A stretch of DNA of 38,702 bases from Candidatus Methylomirabilis sp. bin48. GTDB lineage: Bacteria; Methylomirabilota; Methylomirabilia; Methylomirabilales; Methylomirabilaceae. The position numbers and the translations under genes were made by a program. Under the pieces are notes generated by a model. The model had not been told where the DNA came from and did no database searches. It saw nothing but the letters and a program-made list of their open reading frames with translations. The DNA is taken from contig JANGEZ010000081.1 of the NCBI GenBank assembly GCA_031838355.1, forward strand, positions 1 to 38,702. The letters are read 5' to 3'. This document shows, piece by piece, positions 26,870 to 35,086 of this stretch; position 1 is the stretch's first letter; every line of letters begins with the position of its first letter.

Positions 26870-27088
26870 GGTGATCTCCTGGTGTTGAGGCCAATGTCTC
26901 CGTCTGCTCACAAGATGAATACGATAAGAGAGCGGTATTGACCGGGGCTGAGGTGCCTAGAGCTAGACACTAGAGTAGAAACTTGGGGCATGTGCCTGCG
27001 TCGCCTCCCGACGCGTGAGGGAACGAGGCGGCTCTTGACGATGAGGAGTAACCCAGCCTTTCCACTTTCCTTTTCAAGTGTGGTCTCG

Positions 27089-27264
27089 GCGGTGCGCTGC
27101 TCTATAGCGCACCGCATTAGTAACTTATAGTTACTATTAGTACGCGCCCCACAAAATACGACTCTGACCTGTAGAAACGCGATGTTACGATCCATAGCGT
27201 GTGACCGTTAGTTCACTATTGCGTGACCGATAGTTCACTAGTCCGTGACCGTTAGTTCACTATT
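27089..27264. other. Iteron-containing replication origin (oriV), IncQ-like
   Basis: Three 20-bp direct repeats with 22-bp period: gtgaccgttagttcactatt (27201-27220), gtgaccgatagttcactagt (27223-27242), gtgaccgttagttcactatt (27245-27264). Also an AT-rich palindrome tagtaact-tat-agttacta (27118-27136) and a 10-bp-stem hairpin gcggtgcgct-gctctat-agcgcaccgc (27089-27115). Confidence 0.85.
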
Positions 27265-28092
27265 TGTAGTAGCAACTTGTTGCACTACGGATCTAAGGAT
27301 CGATACGGTGTTGTGGCGGATGGTTACTCGCCAGCCAGGCAGTCGATCGATTTCTTGAAGGGCGGCAAGCAGCCGCTGCTTGCGTTTGCGAGCACAGGTG
27401 CGATTGGTGGTTGGACCCCAGACGTGCTGGGCGAGTTTGTCGAGGCAACTTGTTTGGGTGGAGCCTTGATGTATGGTTGTGCTTAGCCAGGAGTGGAGCG
27501 CCTTCGCGCTGTCTGAGGTTAAGGTGCGACGCTCGTGTAAGCTGACGATGACGTACTGATGCCCGAGGATAGCCGAGGCAAGGGCTTGATTAACTGCGAT
27601 GCGCAGCGTGCCGTCGCTATGTTCCATCCAGGCTAAGAGATTCTCTTGCGCCGACCCGTCTACTGTGGTGATCACCATCTGGAAATTAGCGAGTCGGACG
27701 AGACTAGCCTTGACGTGACGATGATTCGTTCCAGCTTGGGCCAGTCCAATGTTGCGCATGAGCCGGTAGACGGTGGTGCTGACCATGATCCGTCTGGCTG
27801 ACCTCGCTGTGCCCGTCGGCTTGAGAGCCTGAACCAGTGCCTGTCCGACCGGACCGCTTGGACTGGGATCCAGCGTTTTGCCGTCGAGGCCAGCCTCAGC
27901 CATCACAGCGAGGAGCACATCCTCGTCATCGGTGCCGAGGGGCTCGAACCCGATAAAGCGCAGGGTGACGCCCTTGAATGTGACGCAGACATCGAGCTTG
28001 GCTTCTCGTCGCTCCCCGCGTCTCAGGGGTCGAAAAAGGCCTGCGATGGCCGTCGCGGGATCAGTCTTGGCGTAGCTGGCAGGTTTATTCAT
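27238..28092 (-). CDS. repC: IncQ-type replication initiator RepC
   Basis: DPA.A.AGLFR.L.RGER...KLDV......LRF.GFEPLG.DD..VL...L.SD.A..LH.WL resembles RSF1010-type RepC; lies between repA and the iterons. Confidence 0.85.
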   Translation of the reverse strand: MNKPASYAKTDPATAIAGLFRPLRRGERREAKLDVCVTFKGVTLRFIGFEPLGTDDEDVLLAVMAEAGLDGKTLDPSPSGPVGQALVQALKPTGTARSARRIMVSTTVYRLMRNIGLAQAGTNHRHVKASLVRLANFQMVITTVDGSAQENLLAWMEHSDGTLRIAVNQALASAILGHQYVIVSLHERRTLTSDSAKALHSWLSTTIHQGSTQTSCLDKLAQHVWGPTTNRTCARKRKQRLLAALQEIDRLPGWRVTIRHNTVSILRSVVQQVATTNSELTVTD

Positions 28093-29002
28093 CGTAGATT
28101 TGCCGCCGGGAGTGCACTCCTCCTGGCGTTTTGTTGGGTAGGTCGGCGCGGACCAGCACCCCTCCGGCCGTACGGTGTAGCCATGTCTCCGGGGGTACCG
28201 GGGCGTAATTGCATTTTGGATGGGTCAGGCGGACGAATCGCCAGCGTTCACTCGGCTCAATGCCACATTTCTCGGCATCCTTCTGCGTCATACCAACCAG
28301 AGCCGCCTGCCATCGCGGGTGATCGACGAATACCGACGACCCGCGGCTGGCCGCCGCCTCGTCCGTCCTGCCGTTCAGGATCGCGAATTTGGACGAATGA
28401 TGCAGGTAGAGGATCGTGGTGCCAGTGGTCGCCGCTATCTCTTCTAGGATGAGCATAAGTGCGCTAGCGGCGGTAGAGTCATTTTCATCGGCGGCGTGAA
28501 AGCGTCGCAGGGTGTCGATGAGCAGCAGCCTCTGGCCGTCGGCCCAGTGAAGCATCTTTTCACGGCTCAGGGGATTCACGCGGCCCTGAGGCGTGAGGAG
28601 CTGCGGCGGCGCTCCAACGAGTGGCACAATGGTCAGCCCATCGGCCACTGCCTCGCGGGCTTCCGGCGGCAGGTATTGTCCAATCGAGTGTAGGCGGTGG
28701 AGGAGCACCGGGTGTGGATCCTCCGCGGCCAGGTAGGCCACTGGACCTGATGCTGCCATAGCGAAAGCCCCGTTGGTCAGATCGACTCCCCCTGCGATGG
28801 CGACGGCGATCTCGAGCGCGAGCATAGATTTGCCCGTGCCTCCTGGGCTGACGATGGCGCCGACCGTTGATGCGAGCAACCCTGGCAGGACGTAGTTCAG
28901 CGGCGGCGGTGGGGTGGTAAAGGCGTCACGGATCTCTTGCGATGACAGTGCGGGAGTGCCGGTTAACTGGGGGCTTGGAGTGTGAAGGGGGTGGATGTGC
29001 AC
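28085..29002 (-). CDS. repA: IncQ-type replicative helicase RepA (AAA_25)
   Basis: PPPLNYVLPG...TVGAIVSPGGTGKSMLAL, YLAAEDP, IDTLRRFH..DEN, LHHSSK, SRGSSV.VD..RWQ. GTG start with GGAGGAG RBS. Confidence 0.92.
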   Translation of the reverse strand: MHIHPLHTPSPQLTGTPALSSQEIRDAFTTPPPPLNYVLPGLLASTVGAIVSPGGTGKSMLALEIAVAIAGGVDLTNGAFAMAASGPVAYLAAEDPHPVLLHRLHSIGQYLPPEAREAVADGLTIVPLVGAPPQLLTPQGRVNPLSREKMLHWADGQRLLLIDTLRRFHAADENDSTAASALMLILEEIAATTGTTILYLHHSSKFAILNGRTDEAAASRGSSVFVDHPRWQAALVGMTQKDAEKCGIEPSERWRFVRLTHPKCNYAPVPPETWLHRTAGGVLVRADLPNKTPGGVHSRRQIYDE

Positions 29003-29281
29003 GTTGACTCCTCCGATGCGGCTGATCGGCCGTGGTTAGTTGGTAATTCAAACAAACCCAATACTGTATTATTACGAGCCAACTCGCAGAGGTGACGCCG
29101 TGGAGGGCGCTCATTTCACTGAGTTGAAAGCGGCTTGTGCCTCTAAGTCTGTACTCGCCAGATTCAGTCATGCTTTTCCTCAAGTGTGTTCTTTCCCTTC
29201 TGGGGGCTCAGTCGTGGAGCTCGGGGGTCTGACGGATTACTACTGTCAGAGACGCTCTTTGGCCCGATGCGTGGAGCGGCA

Positions 29282-29413
29282 CCTCTCTATAAGAGGTCGT
29301 GTGCGTTGTGAGTAGGGCGTCTGACCGCCTCCTCAATACATGTTTACGACGCGATGGGGCAGTGTGATCAGGCACTACGACAGTTCCGTCGGCAGTCCGG
29401 GTGGCTCCTGGGC
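29282..29413. repeat. Copy B of the diverged direct repeat (copy A at 20638-20775)
   Basis: Same blocks as copy A, including the small hairpin cctct-N5-agagg. Confidence 0.9.
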
Positions 29414-29631
29414 TCCGTCAAAGGTCTAACGGACGACGAGGTGGCGAGAAAAAAGGGGCGTGAGGTAAGCTTTGGAATGGAGTGCGAGGTAGGGACGGGC
29501 TGAAGGGGGTAAGCTTACGAGCTGAGGCGTGAGGGGGCAGGTGACCGCTCCCTAGAATGGCAGTGGAGGCTTTAGAAATACGGATATCCGGAGGCAGATG
29601 CAGAGGGGAGGGGGCGTCTACGTGACTGGAA

Positions 29632-30327
29632 CTACGAGCTCAAAATAGCGTGGTTCGTAACTGGTCCGTTCTTTAGGATGTTGTGACCGCCGGCAGCCGC
29701 CACCTCAAGCGCCCTTTTCGCGTGGGCCTGCCCTTTCACGTCGGCCAAATCGACCCCGTATCTGGCGTGCTGGGCGAAGACCTCCTGCAGGTCGATGCGC
29801 GTAGGCGGAATCTCCTGTGCGCCGTTCAGAAACTGTACCACTTGCGGAAGCGTCTCGACACCATAGACCTGAATCCCCTCCACGACGGCCGCTTCAGCGG
29901 CGTTTTCCGCCGGGAGGACCATCCCGGCAAGCCCCCTCTCTGCGGCAGAAACAGCCATCGGCAGGGCGCCTTTCACCCCACGGAGGCCGCCGTCCAGCGA
30001 GAGCTCGCCCAGGAGCAGATGGGTCTTGAGTCGGTCCGGCTTGATCAGGCCCATTGCCGCCAGGATGCCGCAGGCCATGGGGAGATCGAAGCAAGCCCCT
30101 TCCTTTTTGATGTCGGCCGGCGCCAGGTTCACGGTGATCCGTCGGGAGGGAAAGTCGAACCCGCAGTTCTTGATGGCTGCCTTCACCCGATCGCGGCTTT
30201 CCTTGACCGAGGTATCCGGCAGGCCAACGGTATTGAAGATGGGAAGCCCAAGGGCGATGTCGACCTCCACCTCAACCAGGTAGGCATCGACCCCTAGAAC
30301 CGCGCTGGATAACACCTTGGCCAGCAT
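29632..30327 (-). pseudogene. comM: 5' fragment of comM (YifB-family Mg-chelatase-like ATPase), interrupted before Walker A
   Basis: VGLPDTSVKESRDRV...TVNLAPAD..KEG..FDLP.A...DVKGQ..AKRALEVAAAGGHNIL is followed by KNGPVTNHAILSS* instead of the expected ..GPPGSGK. Confidence 0.92.
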
Positions 30328-30337
30328 CGTGACTCCA

Positions 30338-30727
30338 TCAAAAGAGGGCGATCCCCTCGCTGCTGAAGGCGTCCCGGATCAGGAGGACATTGGGCTGCCC
30401 CGCCTGGCCTCCTGCAAACATCACCGCCACAACGTCAAAGCGGCAGGCTACCTCGGCGAGTCTCTCCCGCTGCAAATATAGCCGCGCCACCTTGACGATC
30501 TGCCGCTGTTTTGCCAGCGTCACCGAGGCCTGCGGTGGACCGAACTTGCCTGACGTACGGGCCTTCACCTCTACGAAGACCACCACACCACTCTCCTTGG
30601 CGATCAGGTCGATCTCGCCGAGCGGGGTCGAATAGTTCTCGTGGAGGATCCGGAACCCTTTGGTCTGCAGATATGCTTTTGCTACGCGCTCCCCTTCCGC
30701 TCCCAGACCTAACCGTCCTGCTTTCAT
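30338..30727 (-). CDS. yraN: YraN (UPF0102) endonuclease-like protein
   Basis: LG.EGE..A..YL...G..IL..N.....GEIDLIA......VFVEVKAR...CRFDVV. Confidence 0.93.
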   Translation of the reverse strand: MKAGRLGLGAEGERVAKAYLQTKGFRILHENYSTPLGEIDLIAKESGVVVFVEVKARTSGKFGPPQASVTLAKQRQIVKVARLYLQRERLAEVACRFDVVAVMFAGGQAGQPNVLLIRDAFSSEGIALF

Positions 30728-30739
30728 AGATAGACCCCG

Positions 30740-31342
30740 TTATACGTATTCCCGGACACCTCTGAAGCTCTTTCGGTGGATAGGGCTCGCCCCGAACCGC
30801 GCAATAGCCGACAGATGTTCCGGGGTCCCATACCCTTTGTGTCGGCCGAAGCCGTACTGCGGGAGGGCCAGATCATACGCTTGCATGATCCGATCCCGGC
30901 CAACCTTCGCCAGGATTGAAGCCGCAGAGATGGAGAAGCAGAGACGATCCCCTGAAGGGATCAGTCGATGGGGGCTGGAACAGTTGGGGGATCGATTACC
31001 GTCGATCAGAACGAAATCAGGGGGTGGGTTCAAAGCCTCGATGGCTCGCCGCATGGCGAGCATGGTCGCCTGGAGAATATTGATGGCATCGACGACCTCC
31101 TCCTGGATCACACCGAAGCCGATGGCCATCGCTTCGGTCCTGATCGCCAGGTCGAGCTGCTCCCGCCGGTGTGCGCTGAGCGCCTTGGAGTCATCGACTC
31201 CATCGATCACACACGTCGGCGGAAGGATTACGGCGGCAGCCACTACCGGCCCGGCCAGGGATCCTCGCCCGGCCTCATCAACACCGGCAATGAGGTGATA
31301 CCCCGCGGCATGGAGGCAGGTCTCCACCTCTTCAGGACGCAA
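30740..31342 (-). CDS. rnhB: Ribonuclease HII
   Basis: IAGVDEAGRG.LAGPVVAAAV, DDSK.L, DGN, ISAASILAKV.RD, HKGYGT..H. Probable TTG start at 31342 after AAAGAGGA. Confidence 0.95.
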   Translation of the reverse strand: MRPEEVETCLHAAGYHLIAGVDEAGRGSLAGPVVAAAVILPPTCVIDGVDDSKALSAHRREQLDLAIRTEAMAIGFGVIQEEVVDAINILQATMLAMRRAIEALNPPPDFVLIDGNRSPNCSSPHRLIPSGDRLCFSISAASILAKVGRDRIMQAYDLALPQYGFGRHKGYGTPEHLSAIARFGASPIHRKSFRGVREYV

Positions 31343-31356
31343 AGCAGCGATCCTCT

Positions 31357-31704
31357 TTACGTCAGCTTGCGCTCCGAGATCCGAGCAGCCTTTCCCTTCA
31401 ACTTTCGCAGGTAGTAGAGTTTCGCCCGACGGACATGACCCCGTCTTGTGCACTCGATCGTCTCAATCATGGGGGAATGGATGGGGAAGATGCGCTCCAC
31501 ACCGACGCCGTACGTGACCTTGCGCACCGTAAAGGTCTCACGAAGGCCGTCGCCGCGCTTACGGATGACCACCCCTTCGAATACCTGGAATCTTTCCTTA
31601 TCCCCTTCACGGACCTTCACCTGTACCTTCACCGTGTCGCCGGGCGAGAAGTCCGGGATCTGTGCCTTCAGCGAGGGCGCTTCGACGCTCCTGATAACAT
31701 CCAT
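31357..31704 (-). CDS. rplS: 50S ribosomal protein L19
   Basis: [11 protein letters not shown]...[14 protein letters not shown]...[18 protein letters not shown]...[10 protein letters not shown]. Confidence 0.98.
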   Translation of the reverse strand: MDVIRSVEAPSLKAQIPDFSPGDTVKVQVKVREGDKERFQVFEGVVIRKRGDGLRETFTVRKVTYGVGVERIFPIHSPMIETIECTRRGHVRRAKLYYLRKLKGKAARISERKLT

Positions 31705-31770
31705 GATTCAGCCTCCAACATGCAAAAAGTATGAGGTGCGAAGCACCTCGCCCCTTGAACATCAAATCGT

Positions 31771-32511
31771 TTAACCGGCCCCTTGCTCACCTTCGATCTC
31801 CCCCAGGAGATCAAGGTCTTCTTTGCTCAGGAAAGCCTGCTGCAGGAGATCCGGCCGACGCACCTTCGTGCGCCGCAAGGCCTCCTTTCGGCGCCAGCGC
31901 CTGATCCGCTCATGGTCACCCGACAGCAACACGTCTGGAACCCCAAGCCCCTGAATGCTCTGTGGCCGCGTATAGTGGGGGAAGTCCAGTAACGCGTCTA
32001 CAAAAGAGTCGTACCGGGCTGAGTCTTCATCGCCCAGCACGCCAGGAATAAGTCGGATGACGGCATCCAGGAGCACGAGGGCCGGCAGCTCACCCCCAGT
32101 CAGGACGTAGTCCCCGATGGAGATCTCATCGGGCGCCAGGAGGTCTCTCACCCGTTCGTCGAACCCCTCGTACCGGCCGCAGACGCACAGCAGGTGTTGG
32201 TGCTCGACAAGCTCCTGGGCAATCGCCTGTTTGAACGGTCGACCCTGAGGGGTCAAGAGGACCAGATGAGTTTCTTGCCCCTGACGGAGGCTCGTGACCG
32301 CCTCGAGGATCGGCTCGGGCTTAAGCACCATTCCGGCGCCACCCCCGTACGGCCGATCGTCCACGATGGCATGGCGATCATGGGCATAGCTCCGAAGATC
32401 ATGGACCGTGATTTGCACGATGCCCCGCTGCTGGGCTCGCTTGAGGATGCTTTCCGAGAGAGGTCCCTGAAAGAACCCAGGGAAGAGGCTGAGAATGTTA
32501 TACCGCCTCAG
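31771..32511 (-). CDS. trmD: tRNA (guanine-N1)-methyltransferase TrmD
   Basis: VDDRPYGGGAGMV, CGRYEG.DER, SIGDYVLTGGE, PHYTRP. The frame stays open upstream of the listed ORF (RYNILSLFPGFF) to a CTG at 32511. Confidence 0.95.
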   Translation of the reverse strand: MRRYNILSLFPGFFQGPLSESILKRAQQRGIVQITVHDLRSYAHDRHAIVDDRPYGGGAGMVLKPEPILEAVTSLRQGQETHLVLLTPQGRPFKQAIAQELVEHQHLLCVCGRYEGFDERVRDLLAPDEISIGDYVLTGGELPALVLLDAVIRLIPGVLGDEDSARYDSFVDALLDFPHYTRPQSIQGLGVPDVLLSGDHERIRRWRRKEALRRTKVRRPDLLQQAFLSKEDLDLLGEIEGEQGAG

Positions 32512-33022
32512 TTTCGATCATCCCTTTCAGCAGGCGGACCAGCATGACCCCCCCTGCAAGATCGACCCTTCTCACGACCTCTCGGGTTGCCGGCAGCAAC
32601 CATTCCGAACCTTCACCGTGGACCACGTAGACATCGTTGGCGCCCGTTTCCAGGATTCCGAAAATTCGCCCGAGCTCTCGTCCCTCTTCAGTCACGACCT
32701 TAAGACCGATGAGGTCAGCATGGTAATACGTTCCCTCCGGAAGCGTTGGGGCAGCCGATCTGGGAATGAGCAGCTCATGGTCAATCAGACGTTCGGCCTG
32801 TTCAATGGTTCCCACGCCCTGAAATTGCATGATCCAGGCTGAGCCCGCCGGCCGAACCCGCTCCACGACGTACTCGGCAAGGTCGCCCCCGGCCCCCCTG
32901 AGGTACACGGTTGCCGACCCCGCTGCAATCGCTATCGAGTCAGCGGAGGGCTGTACTTTCACTTCTCCCTTCAGCCCCCAAGCCTTGACAGCCCTACCCA
33001 GTACAAGGAATGGCGAGGGCAT
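32498..33022 (-). CDS. rimM: 16S rRNA processing protein RimM
   Basis: WGLKGEVKV, EGTYYHADLIGL.V, ETGANDVYVV, LLP; position in the operon. Confidence 0.95.
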   Translation of the reverse strand: MPSPFLVLGRAVKAWGLKGEVKVQPSADSIAIAAGSATVYLRGAGGDLAEYVVERVRPAGSAWIMQFQGVGTIEQAERLIDHELLIPRSAAPTLPEGTYYHADLIGLKVVTEEGRELGRIFGILETGANDVYVVHGEGSEWLLPATREVVRRVDLAGGVMLVRLLKGMIETEAV

Positions 33023-33026
33023 TCAC

Positions 33027-33311
33027 CTATTCCAGAATCTCCAGGACGGCCCGACGCTTCGACCTGGCTGCGATGGCGTGCAGCACGGTGCGCATTGCCT
33101 TGGCCGTCCGGCCCTGCTTTCCGATCACTCTGCCGACATCGGGAGGGGCCACTCGCAGGCGGAGGACGAACGCCTTATCTTCCTCTGCCGCATCGACGGT
33201 CACCTGGTCCGGGCTGTCCACCAGCGCCATGGCCATTCGTTCTACTAGTGCCTTGAGCGCCCTTACTTCCTCCATGGTATCCTGACTCGGAACCGACGGA
33301 CCGCCTTCCAT
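33027..33311 (-). CDS. khpA: KH-domain RNA-binding protein KhpA (YlqC)
   Basis: LVD.PD.V.V...L.V...DVGRVIGKQGRTAKAMRT; lies between rpsP and rimM. Confidence 0.92.
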   Translation of the reverse strand: MEGGPSVPSQDTMEEVRALKALVERMAMALVDSPDQVTVDAAEEDKAFVLRLRVAPPDVGRVIGKQGRTAKAMRTVLHAIAARSKRRAVLEILE

Positions 33312-33350
33312 CTTTCCTCCTCCCGGTACCTTGGCCCAACAATCCCAGGG

Positions 33351-33632
33351 TTACTGACCCTTTCCTGCGGCTCTCAGTTCAGCGAATTGCCGCATGACGC
33401 CTGCCCGCCGCAAAAGCTGCCGGGCGCTGTCGGTAGGCTCAGCACCGCGTTGCAACCAATGCAATGCACGCTCCGCCTGTACGGAAAGTGCAGGCGGCTC
33501 CCCATGGGGATCGTAGGTACCCAGGGACTCCAGCACCTTACCGCCTCCAGCGGCCAGTGAGTCTCCCACAACCAAGCGATAGAAGGCGTGCTGTTTCGCC
33601 CCTATCCGCCGCAATTTGATCTTCACAGCCAT
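33351..33632 (-). CDS. rpsP: 30S ribosomal protein S16
   Basis: MAVKIKLRRIGAK..AFYR.VV.DS.....G...E.LGTYDP...WL..GA.PTD. Confidence 0.97.
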   Translation of the reverse strand: MAVKIKLRRIGAKQHAFYRLVVGDSLAAGGGKVLESLGTYDPHGEPPALSVQAERALHWLQRGAEPTDSARQLLRRAGVMRQFAELRAAGKGQ

Positions 33633-33659
33633 CTTTATCTCCCCCTCATCCGTCCGGCG

Positions 33660-35003
33660 TCACACTCCCATCAAGGACCGAAGGCGATTTGCCATTTTTC
33701 CCCTCGCCCCGCTACCCCCAGGAATGAACTGTTTCATCAGTTTCCGGGCCTGGATAAACTGTTTGAGCAGACGATTCACGTCTGCCACAGATGTGCCGCT
33801 TCCGGCGGCGACTCGCCGGCGTCGGCTACCATTGATAATCTCGGGAACCTCCCGTTCCTTCCGGGTCATCGAATTAATAATCGCCCCGGCTTGCTTGAAA
33901 TCCCGCTCCGCTGAAATGGTGTCAGCCAAGCCCTTCTGCCGTGACAACCCAGGGATCATCTCCATCACCTGATCGAGGGGCCCAAGGTCCTTCAGTTGCT
34001 GGAGCTGTAAGCGAAAATCCTCCAGCGTAAAGCCCTCGGAGCGAACCTTCTTCACAAGGTCCAGGGCTTGCTTCTGATCCACCCTCGCCTGTACCTTTTC
34101 CACGAGGGTTAGGATATCGCCCATCCCAAGGATCCGAGAAGCCAGTCGTTCAGGGTGGAAAGGCTCGAGGGCATCAGTCTTCTCGCCTACACCGATGAAC
34201 TTGATCGGCTTTCCCGTCACCGACCTGATTGAGAGGGCCGCTCCGCCTCGGGAATCCCCATCCAGCTTGGTAAGGATGAATCCCGTCAGGTCAAGATCCG
34301 CATTGAACCGAAGCGCGGAATTCACCGCATCCTGTCCGGTCATGGCGTCGGCGACCATCAACCGCTCGGTCGGGGAGGTTGCCCCAGCAATTGCTACCAA
34401 CTCTTGCATGAGCGGCTCGTCGATATGGAGTCGCCCGGAGGTGTCGAGAATTACCGGATTCTGTCCGCGCTCTTTTGCCAGCCTCCTTGCCTCCTGGCAG
34501 ACTTGCAGCGCAGAACCCGTCCCAGCGTACACAGGAACCCCGAGGGCCAGCCCCAGCGTCTGGAGCTGCTCCCTGGCCGCCGGCCTGGTCGTATCGGCCG
34601 CCACCAGGAGCGGTGACCGTCCTTCAGACACGAACCACCGGGCCAACTTTGCCGACGTAGTCGTCTTGCCTGCTCCGTGCAGGCCGACCAGCATGACGAC
34701 CGTAGGATGATCCGGCGCATAGGTCAGTGGGGCGCGCGTCTTGCCCAGCACCTCTACCAGTTCTTCGTAGACAACCTTGACAACCTGCTGGCCAGGCGTT
34801 AGGCTCTCTAATACCTCACGGCCCACTGCCCGTTCGCGTACGCGCTCGATGAACCCTTTCACGACCTTAAAATTGACATCCGCTTCGAGCAGAGCAAGCC
34901 GAACCTCACGAAGCGCCTCGGCGACGTTCTCCTCGGTGAGCCGCCCGTGGCCACGAAGCTTTTTCAGGACCAAGCTTAATCGTTCTGTGAGTCCTTCAAA
35001 CAC
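33660..35003 (-). CDS. ffh: Signal recognition particle protein Ffh
   Basis: ALLEADV, GLHGAGKTTT, DTSGR, TKLDGD.RGGAALS, FHPERLASRILGMGD, M-domain SRRRRVA.GSG. GTG start at 35003. Confidence 0.97.
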   Translation of the reverse strand: MFEGLTERLSLVLKKLRGHGRLTEENVAEALREVRLALLEADVNFKVVKGFIERVRERAVGREVLESLTPGQQVVKVVYEELVEVLGKTRAPLTYAPDHPTVVMLVGLHGAGKTTTSAKLARWFVSEGRSPLLVAADTTRPAAREQLQTLGLALGVPVYAGTGSALQVCQEARRLAKERGQNPVILDTSGRLHIDEPLMQELVAIAGATSPTERLMVADAMTGQDAVNSALRFNADLDLTGFILTKLDGDSRGGAALSIRSVTGKPIKFIGVGEKTDALEPFHPERLASRILGMGDILTLVEKVQARVDQKQALDLVKKVRSEGFTLEDFRLQLQQLKDLGPLDQVMEMIPGLSRQKGLADTISAERDFKQAGAIINSMTRKEREVPEIINGSRRRRVAAGSGTSVADVNRLLKQFIQARKLMKQFIPGGSGARGKMANRLRSLMGV

Positions 35004-35029
35004 CTCCCATGCTCCCTCCGAAGTGCCTA

Positions 35030-35058
35030 AAAATAGCCTCCTCAGCGCCACTTGTCAA
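35030..35058 (-). promoter_or_regulatory. Sigma70-type promoter of the ffh-rpsP operon
   Basis: Minus strand TTGACA-N17-TATTTT, ending about 27 nt before the ffh start. Confidence 0.6.
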
Positions 35059-35086
35059 GGTCAAACTGCACAGGGGTACAGGTCTA

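Larger units (their letters stand above)
1..29675. mobile_element. Integrated mobilizable element (over 29.6 kb) inserted in comM; left end and integrase not in the window
   Basis: comM homology ends at about 29675, and rep, par, relaxase, coupling protein, ssb and accessory cargo follow. The 3' half of comM is not seen in the window. Confidence 0.8.

Noticed and set aside
27201-27264. Regularly spaced repeats as a CRISPR array
   Set aside because: Spacers are only 2 bp, no cas genes are present, and the position next to repC identifies them as iterons.
29003-29631. An integrase or other gene next to the comM junction (ORFs 29040-29315, 28926-29183)
   Set aside because: Short, with no recombinase motifs or convincing RBS; the region looks non-coding.
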